Assembly (NCBI GenBank): GCA_951406725.2
Contig: OX597814.1
Coordinates: 205,654,001-205,718,000, forward strand
Source of the DNA: Octopus vulgaris
Taxonomy: Eukaryota
Reading direction: 5' to 3'
Length of the DNA stretch: 64,000 nucleotides
A program made the translations under genes and the position numbers. How positions within the stretch are numbered: position 1 is the first letter of the stretch; each line of letters starts with the position of its first letter. The notes beneath the pieces were generated by a model. That model made no database searches. It saw only the letters and a list, made by a program, of their open reading frames with translations, and was not told the DNA's origin. Of the stretch, positions 38,470 through 51,602 are shown piece by piece.

Positions 38470-41122
38470 TTTAGGGAACCGGTTTCTGTTTGTGTTAGTA
38501 GATTTTGTGGGAGCGTGTTTAGAGCATGTATAATGTTGTATAATTAGGTGATAATGTTTTCAAAGTGCTGCCATGCGGTCTCAATATGGGTGGAATTGAG
38601 AGTAAAATACCAGTCGATGAAAGACAGATCCTTTCTGATTGCTCCCTAGTCCGCTTTGTGAAAGTTTATGTTGTCAAATGAGTGCCATGGAGTGGGATTG
38701 GCTGGTTTGGTTTTTATATGTCGGGAATTAAAATTGCAGAGTACCATGTCGTGGTCTGAGAGGAGAGTTTTTTCAACTGAAATACTGTGAACGAAGCTAG
38801 AGTGATTGGTCAATACCAGATCCAAGATCGTTTTATTCTGTCTCGTTGGTTCGAGCACATTGCTGAGTCAGGAAGTATTCATCCATTAGATTAAAGAGCA
38901 GTTCTGCTGCTGCTCTATCTGATGTAGAGCATTTGCCTAACTTCCGAGTATTTGTGGGCCAGTTCACATGAGGGAGGTTAAAATCACCCATCACTAGTAT
39001 GTTTCCGGAGTTGTACTTCCGAAGGAAGGACTTGACTTTGCTAAGGCACTCTTCAAAGCAATTTAGAGGTGCTTGGGGAGGCCTGTAAAGACCAAAAATG
39101 ATTATGTCCTTGGCCTTGCTGAATAGTGATACAGATTCACAATAGCCATTGGAAAATATGTCAAGTGAAAAGGAGTCATGGATAAAGATGGCTGTCCCTC
39201 CCTTATTTCGGTCTGTGCGATCCGCACGAACAATGGTGAAATCTTTTATTTTCACCTCGGCGTCCATATGGGTGTTGTTCAGGTGAATCTCGGTAAGGAT
39301 AAAGAAAGGGAAGCATGCCGTTTCGGCATGCCAACTCTCTATATATGGGATCTTCCATTTTTGGGCAATAATTGATGGGTTGATGCCACGTACATTTAAC
39401 AGGAAGTCGAGATAAGGGTAGTTTGATGTTTGCATTGTTCTAAGTCATGTTTTATGTGTTCAGTGGAAACAATGTGGGTAGTTCTTTATGGAGCTGTGTG
39501 TGTATGATTTTATTGTTGGTAGTGGGTGTGTGGTCCTTGTGATTTGCATAGGTAGTTGCTGATAGCTCGTTGGATCTCCTGGCTTAGGTCGGCCTTCATA
39601 ATTTCTAGGTAAGTCAGTAAAAAAGAGTTATCACTTTGGTTTGCCACTTGGTCAGAGGATACATATTTCATGTTTATGTTATTTGGTGTTATGGTTTTTT
39701 CATGGTTCTGTCTTCGTTGTTTGATTGTAGGAGGGGAAACGTGGTTGAATTTTGTTTTTGTTGTTGTCGTAGATCTCCTCTGTTGCTGTTTATATTTATT
39801 TTGCGATCGTTTTGTGCCCTTCAGATGGTGGTGGGTGCATTCTGGGTTCAGGCACATCCTTAGTGACTCAGAAGTTTGGCACAGTTTAGGATGGAAGAAG
39901 GTGCATCCATTGCCTTTTGTGCATCCATATTTGGGATCAGGACCATGGACTCTGTATTTAGGACAGTATTTGGGGTGGAGGTGAGGGCAGTTTTTTCCTG
40001 TTATACCATATGAACAGGTGCCCTTAACAAGTCTACGACATAAGGTAGGATGGAAAAAAGCACAGCGTCCCTTGTTGTTGGTGCCGCTGGGGCCAAATCT
40101 ACAGTTGCCTTGAAAATAGTAACGGCAGGGTGTTTGATATGGGTGTAGTAGTGGTTTTTCTATTCTGGCTGAAGTAGCAGAGTGTTGTTGTTGTTGTTGT
40201 TGTTGTTGCTGTAGCAGCAGTGAAACTTGACTTGCAACAGTAGGGCTGGGTGGAATCTGCTCAGATACTGGTGATGTAGTAGCAGAAGCAGGCTCTTGTT
40301 GTTGTGATAGTGAGTCCTGGCTTGCCAAGGTAGTGTTGGGTGGAATGGGTGGAATTAGGTCAGATGTTTGTTGCTGGCTATCGGGTCGTTGAAGTGACCC
40401 CTGACCTGTTGGAGTTGGGTCATTTGGTGCACTACATTCATTGACAAGGATGGCTTCTAGTGTTGCCATGTGCGTGTGGAAAATAGGAAATGTTCTTACA
40501 ATCTCTTTTATTTGATTTTCGATCTGTTTTACAGATCTGTGAAAGGATTGTTTTGCTAATTTTTCAGCTATTTTACTGTAAACATTAGCTTCGTTGTGGT
40601 GAGTGTACCAAGTGTTAATCAGTGCAGTGATTTCATTTTCAACCCAGTGGCGTTTTTGAATATTATTGGCCATATTCAGTGGGACAGTATTATACACTGT
40701 ACGTTTGTAATTGATGGCTTGATGTATAATAGTGAAAACACCGTTGAAAAGTTTGTGTCGATATATTCGGAAATGCGTGGCTATATCTGAGTGTGTGTGG
40801 GAGAGTTCAGTGTATTTAGTACAAATCAGGATGAGCGGTGTGTTTAATACAGATCAAGAAAAAAGAATTGTACTCGCGGGACTAGTTTTAGAACTAGTTT
40901 TGGGTTTAGTTTTGGTTTATTTTTCTTTCTCCAGGTTGTATATAGATTTGTATAAATTTATCCTCCGATGGTAGTAAAAGAGTAGAAAAGTAGAATTGTA
41001 GAATTCAAAAGTACTGGGACTAAAAACAATGAGAGTTTCTGCTGGCTTGAGTTGAAATATGCTTCTTTGGCTACTGAGTTTGATCGGAGCTATGAAAAGT
41101 ACGTCTTGTCACGACGAATTCC
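38470..41122 (-). mobile_element. APE-type LINE 5' part (5'UTR, ORF1, endonuclease; RT absent) between (TA)n tracts
   Basis: ORF2 has APE motifs LNVRG, LTE, RADR...GG, LYRPP, MGDFN, LDLVLTN, SDH; frameshift near 38850. Confidence 0.85.
39510..40697 (-). CDS. LINE ORF1 (395 aa): Myb/SANT-like N-terminus, Q/P/S linker, tandem CCCH zinc fingers
   Basis: WVENEITALINTW...VYSKIAEKL...RSVKQIENQIKEI; repeated C..C..C-x3-H units; lies directly upstream of the APE ORF. Confidence 0.75.
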   Translation of the reverse strand: MYNTVPLNMANNIQKRHWVENEITALINTWYTHHNEANVYSKIAEKLAKQSFHRSVKQIENQIKEIVRTFPIFHTHMATLEAILVNECSAPNDPTPTGQGSLQRPDSQQQTSDLIPPIPPNTTLASQDSLSQQQEPASATTSPVSEQIPPSPTVASQVSLLLQQQQQQQQQHSATSARIEKPLLHPYQTPCRYYFQGNCRFGPSGTNNKGRCAFFHPTLCRRLVKGTCSYGITGKNCPHLHPKYCPKYRVHGPDPKYGCTKGNGCTFFHPKLCQTSESLRMCLNPECTHHHLKGTKRSQNKYKQQQRRSTTTTKTKFNHVSPPTIKQRRQNHEKTITPNNINMKYVSSDQVANQSDNSFLLTYLEIMKADLSQEIQRAISNYLCKSQGPHTHYQQ

Positions 41123-41140
41123 CTATAGTAATATCCATAG

Positions 41141-41318
<178 letters not shown>

Positions 41319-41354
41319 ATATATATATATTATATTTGGATATTTATAAATATA

Positions 41355-41389
<35 letters not shown>

Positions 41390-41390
<1 letters not shown>

Positions 41391-42108
41391 GGATAAGCAT
41401 GTTAGACGGGTGAAAATATAAAGTATATTAAATACATGAAATACAAAAATTGCATATATGTATATCTGACACACAGAATGCAAATGATACAGAGAATTAA
41501 AGATGTTGAATAAAGTATTACAAAACCAACAGCTGTTTCTGGGGAGTCGGTGGTCCAAAATAATGTTTATAGATTGATTCCATCGTAGAATGAAATGAGC
41601 CTCCATCTTCGGCGATGAGATCTTACATTTGAGATGTTAAAGGAAAGAAGTTCAAAGATGGAATGAATACGTGGAGAGCTAAGTGTTTTAGAGGGAGAAA
41701 TTGGGGGAGGTATTCAGATAGGGAATAGTGAGAGGAGAAAATAAATTTCAAGAGTTAGGGGTTAATAAAGAGACTGGTAGGGAGTAATAGTAGCAGAGGT
41801 GGAAGAGAGTAGGGTTGTGTTGGTGGTAATTGTTGGGATAGCGAGAAAAGAGAATGGCCATTATTTGGGAGGAGTAAGTTGACTGGTCCAGTGGCTGACG
41901 GAGATTACTAAATAGAGAAGTATGAGAGAAGATAGAGGGAGGTGGATGAGAGTGATGGTGGGAGTTGATAGTCTATACTCTCCATATTGTCCTATCCAAT
42001 GCATTCCGTATTGTTCTAGGCTAATGATACATGAAGCCTCATAGTAAAAAGACGTCCCTCTCTCTCTCTTCCAGATCAGTGGCTATCATTGCAATATTAA
42101 GATGTTCG
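41390..42108 (-). mobile_element. Penelope-like 3' remnant
   Basis: Shares ~480 bp with 23275-23755; degenerate hammerhead (CCGAAGA...GAAACAGCTGT) at ~41525-41612. Confidence 0.55.
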
Positions 42109-42508
42109 CGTTTGTCTGTGTGTCTGTATGTATGTATATGTGTGTTGTGAATGTAAGTGTGTGTATGCGCTCGTGTGTGTGCGCATGCGTGCTCAAGCAC
42201 CTCAGTCTGCTTCCCATTTCCCAGCGTTTGCTCCCTCCTTGAATCTCTTATATCATTTTTATTCTTACATTTTCCGAAGTCCCGCTATTCTCCATTCGTT
42301 TATTCTTTTACTTGTTTCAGCCATGCTGGAGCACCGCGCTGAAGTGTTTTAGTCGGGCAAATCGATCCCAGGGCTTACATGTTAGTCTGGTGCTTTTTTT
42401 TTACGGTCTTTTTGCGAAACCGTTAAGTAACGGGGACGGAAACGCACCAACACCGGTTGTCAAACGGTGATGAGGGCACAAACATAGAGCATACATACAT
42501 ACATACAT

Positions 42509-44598
42509 GTTAGGATCCGTTCATCTTACTAAAGTTGCAGTGAACATAGTGAAAGCCATAACTAACCTGACTTCATCGAGGGCCGCCATCTTGAAATTAA
42601 ACACAAACAGTGACTGTATTATCATTGGCAGAATACAGTATGGCAAAGGCATATTCCAAGGGGACAGCCTCTCTGTGATGTTGTTTATACTTTCTGAAAA
42701 CCCCTTGTCATTCATGTTAAGGAAGTCTGAGGAATATCTCACTGGTTCACAAGGAAACAGACATGCCAAAACTACACACTGTTTCTTTGTGGCTGGTTTC
42801 AAACTATATGCCATGAATGTGTATGAGATGAAAAAAAAAGCCGTGGCCTAGTTACGACATTCTCAAAGGAAGTAGGGTTGGAGTTTGGTCAGGATAAATG
42901 TTATAAGGTTGTGAAAAGGGGTAAAACTATAAACCAGACTAGTAGCATCTCCATCAATGATTTAATTGATTCCTCTATATCTGATGAGGAATATTACTGA
43001 TATCTGGGGGTGCATGAATACATATCTTATATTGGCACCTGTAACAAAACACATGCCACAAAAGAATATCACAGCCAAATAAAGAAAATTTGAACCTCAG
43101 AACTCTCTGTACATTCAATAAAACAGCAGTGCGGAGTGCAGTGTCAGTGTTCATACGAACATTTGGGATGCTTGATTGGACGCTTGATGAGATCCGAACC
43201 ATTGATGTGAAAACCCGGAAGTTACAAACAAACACACAAAATTTCCACATAAACAGTGACGTAGACCACAACTACCTAAAACGAAAAGAGGGCGGTAGAG
43301 GCTTACCATCAATTAAAAATGCCTTTAAATGTTGTATCATATCCCTTCTGCAACATCTTTTAACCACCGAGTGTTGAAGTGCATCCCTTGACCAAGTTTG
43401 CTGACATAAGTAAGATACCATCATAAGACTTGGAAGGCAGTTTCTTGAGCAGCAGCATTCCTTGTCTGAGAACCTTAAATACATACCCAATGAAGTCACA
43501 CGACTCTACTGCAACGTATCCTCAGGTGAATGGATGAGCATATACGAGCAGAAAACCAAGCATGGATATGTTAGAAGAAAGTTCTGTGGTGATAGTAACA
43601 TCAATCATCAAAGAAGTCTTTCATGGACCAATAGCCGGATTACTACCTCCCACTTTGAAGGCATTCTATTCCAGCATTAGCAATCCAGGAATAGGAAATA
43701 TCAACCAAGTACCTGATTAAAAATGGGATGGAGATGCAGGATTAGCAGTAAAATGTGACAACAGATGCAGACTTTATGGAGTTCACACCGAAGATACCGC
43801 CCACATCATAATCAGTTGTCCGAAAATGTCATCACGGTATTATCTACCAGTGAGACATGATGTATTAGCTACGAGGTCCTCTAATGAAATCCATCGCAAG
43901 TATAACTTCGCGACAAAGAAATATAAAGCCACAGTATGGAAGAAGCCATTGCCACTCGCAACAATAAAAAGGATACTGGAGGAATATCCCAGTCAAAGCC
44001 TTAGTAAAATATAAGCACAACAGACCTGATATAATGATTTGGGATTGAGAAGGGAAACTGTGGAAATTAGAGAAGGGAATTGTGGAAATTAGCTGCCCAG
44101 CGGATGTTAACATAAAGCTGAAGATCAGTGAAAAAGAGAACGCCTATGCTGAACTATTGAGAAATCTGCAGTTACTCTATCCAGATTACAAGTTCAGGTT
44201 TATACCAGTAATTATTGGGGTACAGGGATATCTAACACACTGCCTAAATACAAATCTTGAGAAATTAGGCTTCTCAAAACCAGAAAGGGGAAAGCTAATT
44301 CGAAAACTACAGATCCAATCCATCACTGGAACTGTAAAACATTGTAAAACTCTTCAGCGGTTTATCATTTAAATATTTATGTACATGTCTAGATATGCAT
44401 GAGAATACATACACAAAGCAAAACATACAAATCTGCACGTATACATACATACATACATACATACATACATACATACATACATACATACATACATACATAC
44501 ATACATACATACATACTAAAATACCCTGTTGATGTTTTTGGAATTCGAATCTAGGCTTGGTCTATTGGTAAGAAAGCTTTATATAAACTGAATAATGA
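42509..44598 (+). mobile_element. 5'-truncated R4/Dong LINE, family A, flanked by (CATA)n
   Basis: RT (GIFQGDSLS), CCHC, RPD...EISCP RLE motifs; (CATA)n on both sides. Confidence 0.9.
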
Positions 44599-45051
44599 CA
44601 TACATACATATACGGCGGGTTCCTTTCAGTTTCCGTCCACCAAATGCACCCAGACGTCTTCGGTCGGACAGAAGCTATAGTAGAAGACACTATCTTTTCG
44701 ATATTAACGCTATCTTTTTAAGATATATACATACACACACATGCATACACACACATGCATACACACACATGCATACACACATACATACATAGGCACACAC
44801 ACACACATGCGCACAAACAAACAAAGAGGAACGCAGTGTAATTAACGGACAGAGTTAAGACTATTGAAAATGTTGCCAGACACAACGAATATTTGAGGAA
44901 AATAAAAACAAGAAATAAGTGGAAATTTCACCGGTGAGTGTGTTACATTATAAGGCACAAAAACAAAATGATTCTCCCTAGACACAACAGAATATGCTTC
45001 AACACACAAACTCACATAAAGAATCTTGCAAACCAAAACCAAAATCGAATG

Positions 45052-45124
<73 letters not shown>

Positions 45125-45125
45125 C

Positions 45126-45179
<54 letters not shown>

Positions 45180-45180
<1 letters not shown>

Positions 45181-45710
45181 GCCTTGATGCAGTAACACGC
45201 AGTGGCTTCAATGGCTTCTCGTCTTAAATGATTGGAAGTGTTATCATGTACATTGATTTGCCTTGGTATAGAAGAGGGGCTACAGCAAATATTCTGCTCA
45301 ATACCACAGATTTACTTGTCGGTTGCTTGACCTTACCCAGTTGGGCATGCCCCTTAGTGGCTGACGATATGTGCATCTCTGATCACGAGAAGTAGTGTAG
45401 AGAGGGATTCTTTGAGATTTGGATAATTCACCCTTAGAAACATGGGTATTTCGTTCATCATCCTTAAACAAACCTTATTCAGGCAGCTTTTGAGCGGGAT
45501 GGGTTACTCGACCTGAAGAAAATTCTAACTGAGCCCCACCTGCAAGGTCATACGTTGTTAATGTTGATATGAGATCACCACGTTGCGCACATGTGGTTGT
45601 GATGCGTGTACGTTGTGTACCCTTGTCAGACGGATAGTCATGATGGGTATACTGGGCTTCGTATACTTTACCCCAGTGTTACTTTGATGACATGCACTGC
45701 TCGCTCACTC
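45180..45710. repeat. Interspersed repeat bounded by (AAT)n tracts, probably a LINE 3'UTR
   Basis: Non-coding block sharply flanked by (AAT)n on both sides. Confidence 0.45.
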
Positions 45711-45789
<79 letters not shown>

Positions 45790-45790
<1 letters not shown>

Positions 45791-46500
45791 CAGAAATTAT
45801 CAAAAACATGTAATGAAAAGAAATATAACAGGTAACTGCAGAATATGTGGAGATAGACAAGAAACAATAAATCATATTATCTCTGGCTGCCCAGTCCTGG
45901 CTAAGAAGGAATATATTCACAGACATGACAGAGTTGGAACCTACATACACTGGAAGCTATGCCAACATTATGGAATAACAACAGAAAAAAGATGGTATAG
46001 GCACACACCAGAAAAGGTCACAGAAAACGAGAAAGCAACCATACTCTGGGATATGCCGATACACACAGATAGAGAAATTAAGGCCAACAGACCAGATATA
46101 GTTGTCAGAGATCATGAAGAAAAAAAAGGCTAATTGATGTATCAATACCGGCAGATGACAACGTGTCTCTAAAAGAAATGGAGAAACTTTCAAAATACAA
46201 AGACCTGGAAATAGAGGTAACCAGAATGTGGAATCTAAAAACAGAAACAATTCCTATCATAGTAGGTGCATTAGGCATGATAAAAAAATATTCAGACAAA
46301 TACATAACAAAAACACCAGGACTTACAAACACATATAACATACAGAAAATTGCACTACTAGGCACTGCACACATCCTACGCAGAACACTTTCCATACAAT
46401 AACCATCAGAGCATCACAACAAATCACAGCACATACCCAAGGCACACAGAGCTGCGCTCGGTAGTGAAGTGAAAGCACGCTATAAAAAATAAAACTACTG
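45790..46500 (+). mobile_element. 5'-truncated R4/Dong LINE, family B, flanked by (AAT)n
   Basis: CRICG...ETINHIISGC...RHD...NRPDIVV...IPIIVGALG; (AAT)n on both sides. Confidence 0.9.
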
Positions 46501-46537
46501 AATAATAATAATAATAATAATGATGATATTGATAATG

Positions 46538-46604
<67 letters not shown>

Positions 46605-47004
46605 TATTATTATTATTATTATGGTAACACCAACATTTTTTTCTTAGCCCCAAGGCACATTCCTAACACGCCAGCTGAGCTTAATTCGTCCTAGTCGAAA
46701 GACGCCTGTTCGTGATGTCCTGTTATTGTTATTAATATTATTATTATTGTTTTTACGTATTATTATTATTGTTTTCACGTATTATTTTTGTATTCATATT
46801 CGTGTAACATCGTCCGTTTTTATGTCCTTGTTTTGTATATATTCGAAGCTTTCTTCCAAGGAATCTAATGCGGATTAATCAGCCGAAATTGCGAGGATGA
46901 TCCGGTTCTTGACTGAAGATTGAAGGTCTCGAATGTCACGTCCGCGTTTTTAGTGTCGTCATCAAAATGTTTTGCGTTTTTGTCCCAGTTTGTATTTTTT
47001 ATAC

Positions 47005-47060
<56 letters not shown>

Positions 47061-47976
47061 ACACACAAACACTTATATATAAAAGAAGATTCTTCACTGT
47101 GTGGCATATTTTGCGAACGTATCAGTCGGTAGTGATAATAATTAGAAGGAGATAAGCTGTTAGTGAATGGATTTAGTTGCATCAGATACATGGGAGATCT
47201 TAATAAGATTGTTGATTCTCTTTAGCTTCAGATTAAGCTGGTCTTTCATAAGAGACATTCCTCCCGTGACTATCCCATACATTTCCTGTGTACAGAGAAT
47301 CCAGCATCATAATTTCTGATGTATTAACTTTAGGTTGGCTGAGTTTGATATCAGGGAACATTCTCGGCTACTTCTTGTAGGTGAAGCCTTCTTTATGAAC
47401 CTTCTTCCATTCTTTTCTGAATTCTTGAAACAGTTGATGGAGTTACAGACCAATCAGCTGCTGTCTTACTCACACATTTCTCCATCCTTTTACCAAATTT
47501 CAATCTGAGCTCGTTTCTCGTGCTTCTTCTTTGTCATTTTTATTTGGCATCTGAAGATGAATTTGGACATGACTGTCAAGAGAAATGCTTACACAGACAA
47601 GATTTTTTGAGTTTTCTAGTGTTAAAAATAACATTTTGGAAAATCCAATTTACTAAAAGTAATAAGCCTATTTAAATGTGCAGGGGTGACTAAAGCTTCT
47701 CAGGTTACTGTGCATGCATGTATAAAACTGGGTTATCCGCATGAATGATGTTAATGCATTATTTACAGATATAGATTTACAATTTTACACATATATTTAT
47801 ATATTTCACACGCACAGGAAATGGTTTACACCTATTCAGGCATAGTTCTGATAATACAGTCTGTCTACCACCACTTGGGTTCTGTTTTGATCAGGAAAGC
47901 TCAGAGGAAAGTTGTTTTGTTGGTTGAGAAATATTATTGATGCTTTTAAGAAATTGGCTTACTTTTTGTTTCCCGG

Positions 47977-48020
47977 TATTTGTTGTACGTATATCATTGA
48001 AATCGAGAGACTCGCAAAAG
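47977..48020 (+). other. Micro-exon E homologue upstream of copy 4, acceptor mutated (cccAG to cccGG)
   Basis: Same 44-nt sequence and GTGAGA donor, but GG at 47975-47976. Confidence 0.5.
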
Positions 48021-48044
48021 GTGAGAGAATTATTATTTTCTTGG

Positions 48045-49631
48045 TTTAGCAACATGTCAGTGTTGCGGGAGTAGATCTATGATACAAGACGTTCTAACCT
48101 TGACCACCACCCTCTCTATTCATATGCATTGTCCACCAATGTATCCCCTTTCTAAGAATTGAAGGAATGAATTGAGAGATATTTGGCTGTTATTTTCAGT
48201 ATTTTGTTTTTTTGGGAGGAGTTCACAGTGAGACGAGGTGTCTGTCTGAGGATAAACCATGAATCAATCGGGTTTTCTTTTTCTCTCTGGGGTTGGAAAC
48301 CCTTTAAATGCTGTTGCCTTTCCTTTCCTGTTTGTTATTGTTATTTTTGTTGTTTAACACCTTTTCTTCCAGAAGAAGTCTCTGTCTTCTCGTGAAGAAG
48401 TTTCTGTGATGTTCATAACTCCTCCCCTGACTACTATCACTACTATTACAACTTCTATAATGATCGTTGCCGTTGTGCCTGCTATTTGCCATAGTCGTAG
48501 TAGAGGGACAATGGTCAGTTATTTTAGCTTGTGACGCAGTTTAGCTGGTAGGCTGTATAGTATTTGTTGTAATGTTATTTACTGCGAAACCACATAGGGG
48601 TTCCAACATCGTCCACGATTTCGTTTATATTGTTTGAGAGAAGCTTAATTCCAGATCTTTTCCCAAAATATATCCTACATTCAAAATTATACTGAAACTG
48701 TGTATTTTGAACAATAGTCCTGATTATTCTATAATATTTAATTTTTTTACAAAAGAAAGACAAAGAAAAGAGAACATCGGAAAAATAAGAGAAACGTAAA
48801 AGAAAGAACGAGAGAAAAACCATCAATGCAGCACCAATTGATTCAGTTGGTCGCACACGACAAGGCCCAACGGAACAAACTGATGTAAGCCAGAAAGTCG
48901 TAACATTATCAGGATCGAAGGCGAGGCTAAGGCATCGGAAAAGCCAAACGCCATCACAGGCATCACCCGACGCCTCGGGAAAGCGAGCTGCCAACGATGA
49001 CAAGAACTTCGTTGTTAGCGGTTCACTTCCTTCAAACATCTCAAACGCCATAAGTTGAAAGAGACAGTTAAATGTCAGTTCCCGATATTTCAAGGTTTTG
49101 TTCCGTTCGGCTACAAACTTTCTTCCTACGTCCCACAAATGTTGCTTGTTGGCGTAATTGTCTCGCAGTAAAATAATTTAGTTGTGGATGCGGATCGTCC
49201 ATGTATGGTTCCAATCTGATCAAACATCCAACGACGGGGTTTTGTTTAGCTCTTCTATAACAATTAATTAATCTGTCCTCAATTCATAAATCCAAGAAAA
49301 CAAAATGAGTTTTGTGGTTACGGTTTCTTCTCTAACTACAGCTAGAAAGAATCTGTTTATCTGTTGAGCTGTTGTTTTTGTTCTGTTCCTTGGTTGTGTT
49401 GTTGTTGATGTTGTGTCCAGCCATGTTGTTTGTAGCAAATCTCTGCATGCTAAATTCAAGTTTCAGTCGAAAATCAATACAATCTTTAATAAAAGGCTCC
49501 TTCAGTTAATTCTTCTAAAGATTAACCAGTTATTTAACAGGGCTTCAAAGATGGAGATAGTATTCATCGTATCTTCCATAAATAGTCTTCCATACTGAAT
49601 ACGCGACGCGTCACTTCGAGCCAGCCTGTCC
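48045..49631 (-). mobile_element. R4/Dong family A 5' fragments starting at the (CATA)n junction
   Basis: Begins cggacaggctggctcgaagtgac right after the microsatellite, as at 1548. Confidence 0.65.
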
Positions 49632-50020
49632 GTATGTATGTATGTATGTATGTATGTATGTATGTATGTATGTATGTATGTATGTATGTATGTATGTATG
49701 TATGTATGTATGTATGTATGTATGTATGTATGTATGCATGCATGCATGTATGTATGTATGTATGTGTGTGTGTATGTATGTATGTATGTGTGTATGTATG
49801 TATGTATGTATGTGTGTATGTATGTATGTATGTATGTATGTGTGTATGTATGTATGTATGTGTGTATGTATGTATGTATGTATGTATGTATGCATGCATG
49901 CATGCATGCATGTATGTATGTATGTATGTATGTATGTGTATGTATGTATGTATGCATGTATGTATGTATGTATGCATGCATGCATGCATGCATGTATGTA
50001 TGTATGTATGTATGTATGTA

Positions 50021-50051
<31 letters not shown>

Positions 50052-51602
50052 GTATGTATGTATGTATGTATGTATGTATGTATGTATGCATGCATGTATG
50101 TATGTATGCATGCATGCATGCATGCATGCATGTATGTATGTATGTATGTGTGTGTGTATGTATGTATGTATGTATGTATGTATGTATGTATGCATGCATG
50201 CATGCATGCATGTATGTATGTATGTATGTATGTATGTATGTATGTATGCATGCATGCATGCATGCATGTATGTATGTGTGTATGTATGTATGTATGTATG
50301 TCTGTATGTATGCATGCATGCATGCATGTATGTATGTATGTATGTATGTATGTGTGTGTGTGTATGTATGTATGTATGTATGTATGTGTGTATGTATGTA
50401 TGTATGTATGTGTGTATGTATGTATGTATGTATGTATGTATGTATGTATGTATGTATGTGTATGTATGTATGTATGTATGTATGTATGTATGCATGCATG
50501 CATGCATGCATGTATGTATGTATGTATGTATGTATGTGTGTGTGTGTATGTATGTATGTATGTATGTATGTATGTATGTATGTATGTATGTATGTATGTA
50601 TGTATGTATGTATGTATGTATGTATGTGTGTATGTATGTATGTATGTATGCATGCATGCATGCATGCATGTATGTATGTATGTATGTATGTATGCATGCA
50701 TGCATGCATGCATGCATGTATGTATGTATGTATGTGTGTGTGTATGTATGTATGTGTGTATGTATGTATGTATGTATGTCTGTATGTATGTATGCATGCA
50801 TGCATGGATGCATGTATGTATGTATGTATGTATGTATGTATGTATGTATGTATGTATGTATGTATACATGCATGCATGCATGCATGTATGTATGTGTGTA
50901 TGTATGTATGTATGTATGTCTGTATGTATGTATGCATGCATGCATGCATGCATGTATGTATGTATGTATGTATGTATGTCTGTATGTCTGTATGCATGCA
51001 TGCATGCATGTATGTATGTATGTATGTATGTATGTATGTATGTATGCATGTATGTTTGTATGTATGTATGTATGTATGCATGCATGCATGCATGCATGTA
51101 TGTATGTATGTATGTATGTATGTATGTATGTATGTTTGTATGTATGTATGTATGTATGTATGTATCTATGCATGCATGCATGCATGCATGTATGTATGTA
51201 TGTATGTATGTATGTATGTATGTATGTATGTATGTATGTATGCATGCATGCATGCATGCATGTATGTATATATGTATGTATGTATGTGTGTGTGTGTATG
51301 TATGTATGTATGTATGTCTGTATGTATGTATGCATGCATGCATGCATGCATGCATGCATGTATGTATGTATGTATGTATGTATGTATGTATGTATGTATG
51401 CATGCATGCATGCATGTATGTATGTATGTATGTATGTATGTATGTTTGTATGTATGTATGTATGTATGTATGTATGTATGTATGTATGTATGTATGTATG
51501 TATGTATGCATGCATGCATGCATGCATGCATGTATGTATGTATGTATGTGTGTGTGTGTATGTATGTATGCATGTATGTATGTATGTATGTATGTATGTA
51601 TG
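49632..51602. repeat. ~2-kb compound (TATG)/(CATG)/(TG)n microsatellite
   Basis: Directly visible. Confidence 0.97.
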
